This document shows, piece by piece, positions 9,694-19,200 of a stretch of 64,000 nucleotides of DNA. Below the pieces are notes generated by a model that was given only the letters and a program-made list of their open reading frames with translations, had not been told where the DNA came from and ran no database searches. The position numbers were made by a program, and so were the translations under genes. Position 1 is the first letter of the stretch. Every line of letters starts with the position of its first letter. The stretch lies in contig CAWGPD010000003.1 of assembly GCA_963824385.1 (NCBI GenBank), forward strand, positions 96,001-160,000, read 5' to 3'. This DNA comes from an uncultured Nitrososphaerota archaeon. GTDB lineage: Archaea > Thermoproteota > Nitrososphaeria > Nitrososphaerales > Nitrosopumilaceae.

Positions 9694-10593
9694 GTGACAC
9701 GAGAGTATAGTGCAGAAAAAATACGTCAAAAACTAATTGATGTTTTAGGTTCATCAAAGACAGGATTAACAGGAGTTGAGATCTCAGAAAAACTCAAGGT
9801 TAACCGTGTAACAATGTCAAAATATCTAAAAATTTTTGCAGGCGAGGGTCTGATAAAACAAAAAAACATGGGCAGTGTTAATCTTTGGTTCATTGAAGAG
9901 GGTGCTGATAAACTCAATTTTCCAGCGGATTTTTTCCAAGTAAAAAACAAGTATCTGGAATATGTCTTGGCAGGCTCAACTCCTGAGGCACATACCCTAA
10001 TTCGAACCTCACTTCACTCTGGAGCGGCGCCTACTAAATTGGTAAGTGAGGTAATAATTCCTGCAATAGAATCAATTGAAAATTCCTATGATAGTGGAAA
10101 GATGGGAAGGTCTGAGAAGAATTTCTATAATGAACTGATATCCACCTCGATTTCATTGATTGGCCTATCAGAAGTTGAGGTAGATCCAAAAAAGAATATT
10201 GTCATTTTGGCTACTGATTACCCAAATGCACTTTTAGCTCAAGCCGCCTCTGGCGCACTTCGTACTGGAAAATGGAAAGTATCGTTACTTGGTGACATGT
10301 CCTCTGCAATCGATGTTATGTTTGATATTGACTTGCAGAGATTTCTAAATAAAATCTGGCCCAAGCGTGATGGCATAATGATTATCGCTGTATTTGCTTC
10401 AAAAGAAGCTGAAATCAAATTCTTTTCGCATGCAGTTGAAACAGGCAAGGGAAAATATGGAAAAAATATTCATCTTGCACTTTGCACTAAGATTGGAAAG
10501 AAAACAAAGACTAGTGCAGATTTTGTGTCATCTGATGTAGAAACTTTATTGCAATGGTGTCAGACTGTGTATGAAAGTTATCAGAATCAATGA
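9694..10593 (+). CDS. HTH transcriptional regulator with B12-binding-like cap/Rossmann domain
   Basis: N-terminal wHTH (GLTGVEISEKLKVNRVTMSKYL), EVIIPAIESIENSYDSG cap motif, GKWKVSLLG. Confidence 0.8.
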   Translation: MTREYSAEKIRQKLIDVLGSSKTGLTGVEISEKLKVNRVTMSKYLKIFAGEGLIKQKNMGSVNLWFIEEGADKLNFPADFFQVKNKYLEYVLAGSTPEAHTLIRTSLHSGAAPTKLVSEVIIPAIESIENSYDSGKMGRSEKNFYNELISTSISLIGLSEVEVDPKKNIVILATDYPNALLAQAASGALRTGKWKVSLLGDMSSAIDVMFDIDLQRFLNKIWPKRDGIMIIAVFASKEAEIKFFSHAVETGKGKYGKNIHLALCTKIGKKTKTSADFVSSDVETLLQWCQTVYESYQNQ

Positions 10594-10937
10594 TTGACTA
10601 GTTCTAAAATCTGGAACGGAAGTTTGGAGAAATCAATATCCTTTTCAACTGAGATCAAAAGTATGTTGTCATTTACTGGAAAACTCATAATTATCAGCTT
10701 GTCTCTATATGACATGGCAAATTTTACAGGACCCAATACCTTGTCAAACTCTCTTCGCATCTTTGCCCTTAAAACTAGTTCCATGTACATCATCTCGTCA
10801 TCTCTTGCATCTTCTAAAGACTCAAACCCAGGTTTCATTCCGCCTGCAATCAGTCTACCATTCCCATTAATCAAACCTGCAAATCTTATTCTCGAGTCTA
10901 ACTCGTGGATTTTTTTGCACAACTCGTCTTTATCCAT
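10587..10937 (-). CDS. Roadblock/profilin-like protein (DUF6659-type)
   Basis: IRFAGLIN.NGRLIAGG...REFDKVLGPVKFAMSYR; paralog of 17670..18026. Confidence 0.82.
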   Translation of the reverse strand: MDKDELCKKIHELDSRIRFAGLINGNGRLIAGGMKPGFESLEDARDDEMMYMELVLRAKMRREFDKVLGPVKFAMSYRDKLIIMSFPVNDNILLISVEKDIDFSKLPFQILELVNH

Positions 10938-11049
10938 GTTATACCACTTGCTTGTCTTCGAAATATATTACTAGCTTAAATCTTGACAACAAAAGTGTAA
11001 TGGGTTGTTCCTATTTATTGAAATCTGTCATATTTTGATTGAAAACTAG

Positions 11050-11137
11050 TGGGCCGAATGGGATTCGAACCCACGACCTTTCGATATCTGAATAATTTTA
11101 TCAGTCGAACGCTCCAGCCAAGCTGAGCTATCGGCCC
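11050..11137 (-). tRNA. tRNA-Ile(GAT) with a 13-nt intron (11086-11098)
   Basis: Reverse complement GGGCCGATAGCTCAGC...TTCGA-CTGATA[intron]A-TCGAA...GGTTCGAATCCCATTCGGCCCA. Confidence 0.93.
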
Positions 11138-11168
11138 AAATTTTTTTTTATCCGATTCTCATTTAAGT

Positions 11169-11723
11169 CTACTGGCTTTTCCACTTTATTGAACAACCCA
11201 TCGATGGGTCAAAATCTTTCTCTATCTTCTTTTCTGAAAGAACTTTCTCTATATTTTGAATCATTGTCTTCTCTGTTGGCTTGTCTTCTGGTTTTAATGC
11301 ATTGTCTAGTCTTCCATGAAAAACCAGTCTTCCATCTTTGTCAAAAAGAAATGGATCTGGAGTACAGACTGCGCCATATTTTTTTGCAATCTCTTGAGTT
11401 TCATCAACTAGATATGTAAATCCAAAACCTTTCTCTTTTGCAAATTTTTTCATGGCATCAAAACTGTCATCTGGATATTTTGTCGCATCGTTGCTGTTAA
11501 TTCCAATCATGGCAATTTTGCCCTTGAATTTATTGTAGATCTCATTTAGTGCATCTACCTTGGCCTGTACATATGGGCAGTGATTGCACATGAAAATTAT
11601 GAGCTTTGCGTTATAGTCCTTGTATTCAGAAAGTGAATGATTCTTGTCATCAATTCCTAATAAATTAAAGTCAGGTGACTTGTCTCCTGCTTTTAGAACA
11701 ATCTCTGATTTTAGAAGTACCAT
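11169..11723 (-). CDS. Peroxiredoxin-like thioredoxin-family protein (AhpC/TSA)
   Basis: FMCNHCPYV, GINSND, YGAVCTPD, GCSIKW. Confidence 0.92.
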   Translation of the reverse strand: MVLLKSEIVLKAGDKSPDFNLLGIDDKNHSLSEYKDYNAKLIIFMCNHCPYVQAKVDALNEIYNKFKGKIAMIGINSNDATKYPDDSFDAMKKFAKEKGFGFTYLVDETQEIAKKYGAVCTPDPFLFDKDGRLVFHGRLDNALKPEDKPTEKTMIQNIEKVLSEKKIEKDFDPSMGCSIKWKSQ

Positions 11724-11809
11724 GTATCTTTTGTAAGATATTATTCAATAAAATCTTTGCCCGTCCAAAGGCAACAATTAAAATCTAAGCGGTTTTCAAT
11801 TCTTGCAAT

Positions 11810-11881
11810 GGGCTGGTAGTTCAGCGGTAGAATACTCGCCTTGCACGCGAGGGGTCAGGGGTTCAAATCCCCTCCAGTCCA
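11810..11881 (+). tRNA. tRNA-Ala(TGC)
   Basis: GGGCTGG/CCAGTCC acceptor with G3:U70; CTCGC-CTTGCAC-GCGAG anticodon arm. Confidence 0.96.
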
Positions 11882-11972
11882 CTCCTACTGTGAGTTCAAA
11901 CTGAATCTAGGTAATTACTTGCGTTATGATTTGTTGGAAATTGCTTAAAATCAATATCCTCGTAATGACTGC

Positions 11973-12537
11973 GTGAAAAAGCTAGTTTTCATAATTCCAG
12001 TTATTATAGTAATATTTGGAATAGCACTCTCTGCATATTCTGAAATTAATCAGACGCCCAAAACTGTATTCACCTATGTCTGGTAATGATTTACAAATAT
12101 TTTCAGTCTCAAGTAATGCGTTTGAAGACCAAGGCAACATTCCATCAGAGTTTACTTGTGATGGACAGAACATCTCCCCACCTCTAAGTATTGCAAACAT
12201 ACCAAAGGATGCTAAAACTATGTCACTGATTATGACTGACCCTGATACTCCCAAAGGAAATTTTACTCATTGGACTGCCTGGAACATTCCTTATACAAAG
12301 ACAGAATTTGCAAAAGGTGAAAATTTTGATTTCCCTCAAGGGAAGACTAGTTTTGGAACATCAGGATACCAAGGTCCATGTCCTCCATCAGGTACTCATA
12401 GATACTATATTGAACTTTATGCATTGGATATACAACTAGATCTTTCTAAAGAATCAAGTGTTGCGGAACTTCAAAACGCAATGTCAGGACACATAATTTC
12501 AGAATCTTCCTTGATGGGAAAATATTCTAGAAACTAA
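11973..12537 (+). CDS. YbhB/YbcL (PEBP) family protein; signal peptide joined by a frameshift at about 12069
   Basis: FTCDGQNISPPL, MTDPDTP.GNFTHW, GYQGPCPPSGTHRY. Upstream GTG11973 encodes MKKLVFIIPVIIVIFGIALSAYS in the adjacent frame. Confidence 0.85.
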
Positions 12538-12616
12538 ATCAAACCAAGTCTTGTAGATTTTTTAAAAAAATCAAAGATAGCCTTAAGAGAAAGTATGAGC
12601 AAATGTGGTTTAAGAA

Positions 12617-12799
12617 ATGAGGTATGTAACACAATGGTACAGACAGGTCATGGGATTATCGCCTAGAAAGAAAAAGATTCTGTTAATCTGCCTGTGGTGT
12701 GTTGCGCCTATTGAGATGGGAGTTATTACAGGTGCATTTTACCTAGGAAAGCACTTGCATCAGAAAAGTATTGGATTACCTGTTCAAATTAGTCAGTAA
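12617..12799 (+). CDS. Small membrane protein
   Basis: 60-aa ORF with one hydrophobic segment. Confidence 0.5.
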   Translation: MRYVTQWYRQVMGLSPRKKKILLICLWCVAPIEMGVITGAFYLGKHLHQKSIGLPVQISQ

Positions 12800-12823
12800 G
12801 TCTTAGGGATAATCTTTAGCGAG

Positions 12824-13401
12824 TTAGTGCAATGGAGGAATCAACCAGTGCAAAACCTCGGGAGATGGAATATTCAAGCCGTAGATGATTAATGGAATTG
12901 CAGTACTTGTAAGAAGCACACCTGCTACTAATCTGATAATTCGTATTGGTATTTTCTTAACAACTCCTAATCGTAACAAGCCAATGATTAGTCCTATTGC
13001 CACAAAGAATCCAGTAGAGCACTGGTTATCTCAATGAGACTAAATGTAGCCAGTGCAACAGAGTTTTCAACTGCCTCTATCATTACTATGTAAAAGTATG
13101 CAATTTTGTATTTTGCGCCATCATCTTCATGTTCATCTTCAAAAAATTCCTTAAACATTGTGCCGCTAAAAAACAGCAATCCTAACCCTAATGCTATCTC
13201 AAGTAGATTAATTGGTACAAACCCTGCGATTTTTAGAAAGACAAAGTACAGAATTACTCCTATCAACAAACCAATAATTGTAATCTTGATGGTCTGACGT
13301 AATCCTATTTTACTTGCTGTTCCTATTCCGACTAGAACTTGTTCTCCACCTTCAACAAAGATGTACTTGAATGATGTGAAAAATACGATTAATTGAAACA
13401 C
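12824..13401 (-). CDS. Membrane protein with duplicated ExxE motifs (COG4280/FTR1-like), frameshift at about 13015
   Basis: FVEGGEQVLVG and MIEAVENSVAL; the next frame continues GFFVAIGLII...KKIPIRIIRLVAGVLLTSTA...LIPPLH. Confidence 0.65.
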
Positions 13402-13473
13402 ATGATTGTAATCGTTGTTTGTCTATAATATCCAAGCTTTATTTTAAATCATAAAATCCAGAAATTTCAATTT

Positions 13474-15018
13474 GTGAGAATTTCCAAGTCTACTGTAAAG
13501 AGAGTTTCTATAATGTTTGCTACAACTATTGCAGTTTTGGTAATATGGTTTGCCGTATATATTCCAGAATTTGAAAAAATCCATACTGACTACCAAGTAT
13601 ACGTGGAACAAGAAGGTCAAGACCAAGTTGCAAATGGTGTTGGAGCTGCACTATCGCAACCATTCAATCTTAGGGAATCATTAATTCAAAAAGTAACTGA
13701 TTCCAATGGCGAATTTATGACAATCTCATCTGTAATTAACGGCGTAAGAAGTGATAATGGACAGGTAATCTTTCATTCTGAAAAACAGTATCAGGTAAAT
13801 GCCTATACTAGAACATATCAGAATATGCCAACAAAACAATTTGCATTCAAACCCGGAGTAGAAAAACATGATTATGAATTTTATCACCCGCTTGTTTTAG
13901 GAGACGCTCCACTAGTGTATAAAAATACAGACACAATTAATGGTCTTCAAGTGTATGTCTTTCAAGCACAAACACACGATGTGGATCTTACAGACGCATT
14001 TCCAAAATATCCTGGTGTAAGAGTGCTCTCTGATACCATCTCAACTTTCTGGATAGAGCCAGTAACAGGAGATCTGATTAAATTTCAAAAGATCTGGAAT
14101 GACCATCAGGTAATAGACAACAAGAAAATATCTTCAATGGAAAAGGGTTCAAAACAGACTACAGATTATTCTGTTTTTATTTTATCTCAGACAGCCAAGA
14201 CTAAAATCGATAACATAAACTTTAACAAAAATGTGATTCCTGCATTTTTGGTTTCTCTAACAATTGGGTTGAACATAATTTTCATTTTAAGAAATAGGCT
14301 AAAACTCTCAAGTGAAATGATGCTCAAAAATGAAAAGCTAGTGGCAGTTGGAAACTTGGCAGCAAGAGTATCACATGATTTGAGAAATCCGCTCTCAGTC
14401 ATAAACGCAGAGGTGGAGATAATGGCACTTCGAGGTCCTAAGGATGAAAAAACCATGTCTAGGATAAATCGATTAAAGCGAGCAATTGAAAGGATGGACA
14501 GACAGATAAACGGAATTTTGGATTTTGTCCGGGAAAAACCATTAACAAGTGAATGGATGTCATCTAAACTTCTAATAGATTCAGTTCTTAGGAGCATCAC
14601 GGTTCCTAGTGGACTACAAATTGTTATGCCAAATCAAGATGTGCAAATATTTGGAGACGTGGTACAGCTTGAAACTGTCTTGTCAAACATTATTACAAAT
14701 GCAATTCAAGCAATAGGAAATACTGGCAAGATTATCATATCTACTGAAGAGACACAAGATCTAACAATACTTAGCATATCTGATTCAGGTCCGGGTATAT
14801 CTGAGAGTGATCTTCCAAAAATATTTGAGCCTCTATTTACTACAAAACAAATGGGAACTGGTCTTGGTCTATCTAGCTGTAAAACAGTTATAGAAAACCA
14901 CGGTGGAAAAATCATAGTAAAAAACAACCCTACCACGTTTATCATTCAATTGCCTAAAGTAAAAGAAGAGTTTGAAAAATTAGTAATAAAAGGACAGAAT
15001 AATCTTAAAGAGATTTAA
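13474..15018 (+). CDS. Sensor histidine kinase with DUF3068 (PorA-like) extracellular domain
   Basis: TM, VEKHDYEFY/INGLQVYVF/WIEPVTG, TM, SHDLRNPL, NIITNAIQA, SDSGPGI, GTGLGL. Confidence 0.88.
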   Translation: MRISKSTVKRVSIMFATTIAVLVIWFAVYIPEFEKIHTDYQVYVEQEGQDQVANGVGAALSQPFNLRESLIQKVTDSNGEFMTISSVINGVRSDNGQVIFHSEKQYQVNAYTRTYQNMPTKQFAFKPGVEKHDYEFYHPLVLGDAPLVYKNTDTINGLQVYVFQAQTHDVDLTDAFPKYPGVRVLSDTISTFWIEPVTGDLIKFQKIWNDHQVIDNKKISSMEKGSKQTTDYSVFILSQTAKTKIDNINFNKNVIPAFLVSLTIGLNIIFILRNRLKLSSEMMLKNEKLVAVGNLAARVSHDLRNPLSVINAEVEIMALRGPKDEKTMSRINRLKRAIERMDRQINGILDFVREKPLTSEWMSSKLLIDSVLRSITVPSGLQIVMPNQDVQIFGDVVQLETVLSNIITNAIQAIGNTGKIIISTEETQDLTILSISDSGPGISESDLPKIFEPLFTTKQMGTGLGLSSCKTVIENHGGKIIVKNNPTTFIIQLPKVKEEFEKLVIKGQNNLKEI

Positions 15019-15063
15019 TCAATTTCGAACAAAAAAATAAAAATTTGGGAAAATATCATATGA

Positions 15064-15530
15064 TTAGCAATATGATGAAAAAAACAATTTCTGCTCATGC
15101 ACATAGTCTGAATCTAGAGCACCCACAATAACTACTCCCATCATCCATGGGTGAAGGTTGTCAAAGTATGGATAAACACCCATTCTATCAAAAAAATAAG
15201 AAAACTTTTGACCCGGTTCAACTACTCCACTGAACAATCCAGCCGGTTTATTGTCGGGATTTCCATTTGTAATCATGTGAACGTTATAATCAAGGTTGAA
15301 CCAAGTTACTGTACCACCTGGAATTATAGTAAGACAAGGCTGAAAACAATCAAAACTGCATTCAGTGGTAGTTATTACTACCTTAGCAGATGCTAGATTG
15401 GGTAGTTTTTGCTGTGTCTGGTAATGATTATGCCATGACAAATCAAGAGTTGCAGCATTGGCAACAGATGGTAAACATAAGACAAGTAAAAGTACTGATA
15501 CTAGAATTGTACTTGATACTAATTTTGAAT
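15064..15530 (-). CDS. Secreted cupredoxin/plastocyanin-like protein (start uncertain)
   Basis: GGTVTWFN.D...H, FSYFFDRMGVYPYFDNLHPWMMGVVIV; in-frame signal peptide upstream of the called ORF (VSVLLLVLCLPSVANA). Confidence 0.78.
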
Positions 15531-15680
15531 TAGACGTGATTACATATTGGCATTGACTTAGATAAACGGTTCATAGATTCTCAAAAATAATTTCCAACAA
15601 TTATGGCACAATATTATTCTAGTAATAAACAGAATTATAACAAAAAATGCTTAATGGTCAGGAAGCCGTATAGATATCCT

Positions 15681-16165
15681 ATGGGATTGGTGCTTGATAG
15701 ATCACCCCAAAGATGAACCATACAAGAAAGTAGACGAGACAGATGAACTCATAGTGGATGTGTTTGAAGGAATTATCAGATCTAAGCGCATTACAATGGA
15801 AAATATCATGACACGCGATGTTATAGCATTGGATCATACCAAAACCGCACATGATGCAGCTGTAGCCATGATGGAAAAGAAAATTGGGAGTGTCATAATA
15901 ACAGCATATGGAAGACCCTTTGGCATTGTTACAGAAAGAGACTTGGCGCGTCTGGTGGCATTTCTAGATATTCCTGCCAAGAGTCTGATGCTGAGTTTTC
16001 TTGCATCAAGACCGTTAATTTATGCAAGATACAACTCAAACAATCCAAGAGGCATCTGATATCATGGGAATACACCACATTGATCATTTACCGATATTAG
16101 AAAATGACGAGATTGTTGGAATGGTTACAACAAGTGATCTAGCAAAGTATTTGGTTTGTGCTTGA
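15681..16165 (+). CDS. CBS-pair protein (extra bases at about 15698 and 16029 relative to its paralog)
   Basis: Closely matches 27072..27554 at DNA level; IMTRDVI, IGSVII, GIVTERDL, IDHLPIL, VGMVTT. Confidence 0.82.
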
Positions 16166-16362
16166 AGAGAACTGTTTGCAATGACATGATATAACAAGTT
16201 CTAAAAACCAACTAGACAGTATTTCATGACTAGGAGTTTGCTCAAAAGCTTACACACTGTATTTTAAATATATTTTCTAATAATTTGGCGCATGACTCAC
16301 AACGATGTGTGGAATTCAAAAAGTGTGATTCCAACTATATTCATTGAGGGATTCAAGTAAAA

Positions 16363-16494
16363 ATGGCAATTTTTTATCTAAAACTCAAATGTTCATTTTG
16401 TGGCTATGATGAAACAGAGATAATAATGTCAAAATCTGCATTTTCACCAATCAGGGCAATATGCATGAAATGCAAAAAACATTTCGAGTACTAG
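16363..16494 (+). CDS. Zinc-finger micro-protein (43 aa)
   Basis: Manual translation: MAIFYLKLKCSFCGYDETEIIMSKSAFSPIRAICMKCKKHFEY. Confidence 0.6.
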   Translation: MAIFYLKLKCSFCGYDETEIIMSKSAFSPIRAICMKCKKHFEY

Positions 16495-16540
16495 TTTTTT
16501 ACTTTCAGTAAATTAGTTTGGCTCAAACATGTTATAGTTT

Positions 16541-16557
16541 CAAGTCTTACATGACTC
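16541..16557 (+). repeat. Copy of the dispersed AGTC-N6-GACT boundary motif
   Basis: CAAGTC-TTACAT-GACTC. Confidence 0.6.
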
Positions 16558-16635
16558 TAACCTTTGTATTTAGATTTATGAAAATTTCTTAATTTTTTAA
16601 AAAACAATTGAAACGAAATGTACTTGGTGTTAAAA

Positions 16636-17499
16636 CTAGTACCCTCGTTTATCAAGCCAGTCTGATATGATTTTGTTTGCAAGCTCATTTGGATGTATAT
16701 CTTTACGGCGTGATTGTACCAATAGTCCATGAGTCTTTCTTTTTGATAACCTTACTGAAACATTCTGTTGTAATGCAAGTGATCTTGCCTTTTTCATTAT
16801 TTTATTGTGTGATAAATTTGGATTATATCCTAAAACCTTGAAGTATCGCTTTTTTGTTTGTGGTTCAAGTTCTGATATTTGATGTGCGATCTTAACTGCT
16901 TTTGAAATATCTGGAATAATTTGATACAACTTTGTTGCGCTATCCCTTGAGAGTATCTTTGGTACAAGTTCTTTTAGCTTGTCTGGTACTCCTGCAAAAC
17001 CGTAATACTTCATGAATGTTGACATTGCAAGTCCCAATGACTTTGCAGCCTTTGACTTACCCATCTGTTCTGCCAAAAACGCACATGCTTCAGCCATATC
17101 CTTTACATTCATGTTTTTGCGGTGAATATTTTCAATAACAGAAGCTGCTTTTGCATCAGGGGTATCATATTCTGTTTTTCTAGTCAAAACCAATACAGGA
17201 ATTTTTTTTGCACCCAGTCTTTTCAGTGCAGCCAATCTACGTTGTCCTGACATCAAAAGATACATGTTTCCTTCTTTTTGCACCATTGGAGGATTTTGCA
17301 GCCCCTCGGTTTTGATTGACTTTGCCAATTCTGATATTCCTTCTCGGTCAAGCTTTCTTGCCTGAGCCTCTTTCCAAACCTTGATCTGTTTTATCGGAAT
17401 TTCCTTTAAGCGATAAGAAACCCTTGAAGTGTATCGTGTCTTGCCACCAGTCCGTCTTTTGGTGATTCGTCTGATTTTTCTTGTCCTAGCCTTTGCCAA
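16636..17499 (-). CDS. ParB/Srx-like domain protein with K/R-rich N-terminus
   Basis: ELAKSIKTEGLQNPPMV, LLMSGQRRLAALKRLG, ENIHRKNM, followed by an HTH. Confidence 0.88.
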   Translation of the reverse strand: MAKARTRKIRRITKRRTGGKTRYTSRVSYRLKEIPIKQIKVWKEAQARKLDREGISELAKSIKTEGLQNPPMVQKEGNMYLLMSGQRRLAALKRLGAKKIPVLVLTRKTEYDTPDAKAASVIENIHRKNMNVKDMAEACAFLAEQMGKSKAAKSLGLAMSTFMKYYGFAGVPDKLKELVPKILSRDSATKLYQIIPDISKAVKIAHQISELEPQTKKRYFKVLGYNPNLSHNKIMKKARSLALQQNVSVRLSKRKTHGLLVQSRRKDIHPNELANKIISDWLDKRGY

Positions 17500-17669
17500 C
17501 TATATTGTTTGGTTTTAATTTTGTAAAAGGTGAGATGGTTGAATCCAATTCGCTTATGCGTGATGAATAATTAGGTAATTGAGGATCTAATTATCATTTA
17601 AAAATCCATAAAGAACTCTAATCTTTGAATTTTATATGATCTTGACTACCAGTATGTACGATTACAATA

Positions 17670-18026
17670 TCATTTTTCGCTGTGAACTAGTTCTAAAACC
17701 TTGGTTGGAAGTTTGAAAAAATCAATATTTTTTTCAGCCGAGATTAATAGTATCTGACCACTTACTGGGAAGCTCATCAGGATCAAATTCTCTCTATATG
17801 CCATTGAAAATTTTACTGGACCAAACACTTTGTCAAATGCCTTTCGGAGATTTACCTTTAAAGCTAGTTGGAGAAATATCATTTCATTATCTTTTGACTC
17901 TTCAAGTGATAGTAATCCCGGTCTCATTCCGCCTGCAACCAGTCTACCCATTTCACTAATCATGCCTGCAAATCTAATTTTTGAGTCCAACTCTAGAATT
18001 TTCTTGCATAATTGGTCTTTGTCCAT
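17670..18026 (-). CDS. Roadblock/profilin-like protein (DUF6659-type)
   Basis: Close paralog of 10587..10937. Confidence 0.82.
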   Translation of the reverse strand: MDKDQLCKKILELDSKIRFAGMISEMGRLVAGGMRPGLLSLEESKDNEMIFLQLALKVNLRKAFDKVFGPVKFSMAYRENLILMSFPVSGQILLISAEKNIDFFKLPTKVLELVHSEK

Positions 18027-18240
18027 GTCATGTGATGTTCTTTTGAGAGTTCTAAAACATTACGACAGGCATATTTTAGTGAACAATTGGTGAGTAAACC
18101 ATTTTTACTGTATAAAAAACCCATTTGGACAAAATTGGAAATAATTGTTATTTTAGGGGCACAAATGGTATTTGAGAAAACTGATTATATCTGATAATCT
18201 AAAATGACTCTTATATGGCAACTTTAGGTAGAATAATTTA

Positions 18241-18423
18241 ATGCAAATACCGTTTGGACTGATAATTTTAATTGGATGTCTCTTAATTGGAGTCTTCGTA
18301 ATGGCAAATTATCTCCTACCAGATGTTATATGCAAAATGATTCCTCAGAGCACCGTTACAACTCAGATGGGCCAATACAATTCACAAGTGTTAAGCGACA
18401 TATGTTCTGGAATACCCAAATGA
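18241..18423 (+). CDS. Small single-TM protein
   Basis: 60 aa, N-terminal TM, two Cys in the soluble part. Confidence 0.55.
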   Translation: MQIPFGLIILIGCLLIGVFVMANYLLPDVICKMIPQSTVTTQMGQYNSQVLSDICSGIPK

Positions 18424-18460
18424 TATTATGAAAAATTCTGACTGGCTCTAACTATTCCAT

Positions 18461-18477
18461 CAAGTCTTGAAGGACTC
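18461..18477 (+). repeat. Copy of the dispersed boundary motif
   Basis: CAAGTC-TTGAAG-GACTC, overlapping the stop codon of the Lrp gene. Confidence 0.55.
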
Positions 18478-19045
18478 AAACTTTAGATTCGGACTTGCGA
18501 GAGATTGGTTGTGATCTTTTTGCTTTTTGCGAATAACCTCGTTGTCTAAGAAAACGTACTAGTGCTACATCATCTTGTCGTTTTATCTGTGATGATACTA
18601 TTGAGCTTGCAAGCTTTGCAGTGATTGGCTCAAAACGAGTCATGACTTCCTCTCTCAAGCTTTGCAAGTCAGTTTCCATTACCTTAAAAAAATATTCTTG
18701 ATCGCCAATTGTAGAATATGCTTCTATAATGCGTGGTTCTTTTCGAATGTATTCGTGCATTTTTTTAACATCATCCTCTCCAAGTCCTGTTTCAGCACCA
18801 ACATATGCAGAGATCCCAATTCCAAGTCTTGTCCAGTCTAACTCGATCTTGTGTTTGAAAACTTCCTTTTCTTTCATGATTCCTACTCTTTTTGCTATTG
18901 TACGCTGATCAACTTTTAGAATTTCTGCTAGTTGCTTGAACTGTATGCTTGCATCTTTTGCCATGTATTCCAATATCATTAAATCCAATTCATCAGACAC
19001 AAAAATTGGTTCCTTCATATCAATTCTAGTGATATTTGATATCAT
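18476..19045 (-). CDS. Lrp/AsnC family transcriptional regulator
   Basis: DELDLMILEYMAKDASIQFKQLAEILKVDQRTIAKRV HTH; RAM domain (EAYSTIGDQEY). Confidence 0.92.
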   Translation of the reverse strand: MISNITRIDMKEPIFVSDELDLMILEYMAKDASIQFKQLAEILKVDQRTIAKRVGIMKEKEVFKHKIELDWTRLGIGISAYVGAETGLGEDDVKKMHEYIRKEPRIIEAYSTIGDQEYFFKVMETDLQSLREEVMTRFEPITAKLASSIVSSQIKRQDDVALVRFLRQRGYSQKAKRSQPISRKSESKV

Positions 19046-19200
19046 ATTAATATTTTCTTAATGATATTCAGTAACATCAAAGTCTATATCTTTGTATTTG
19101 GATGAAGAGCTGATTACAGATGGATACAAATGTGGATTTGAGAAAATCGATAAAAACGCCAACTATGAATCAACACCCACATTGTAAAAAAAGAATCTAG

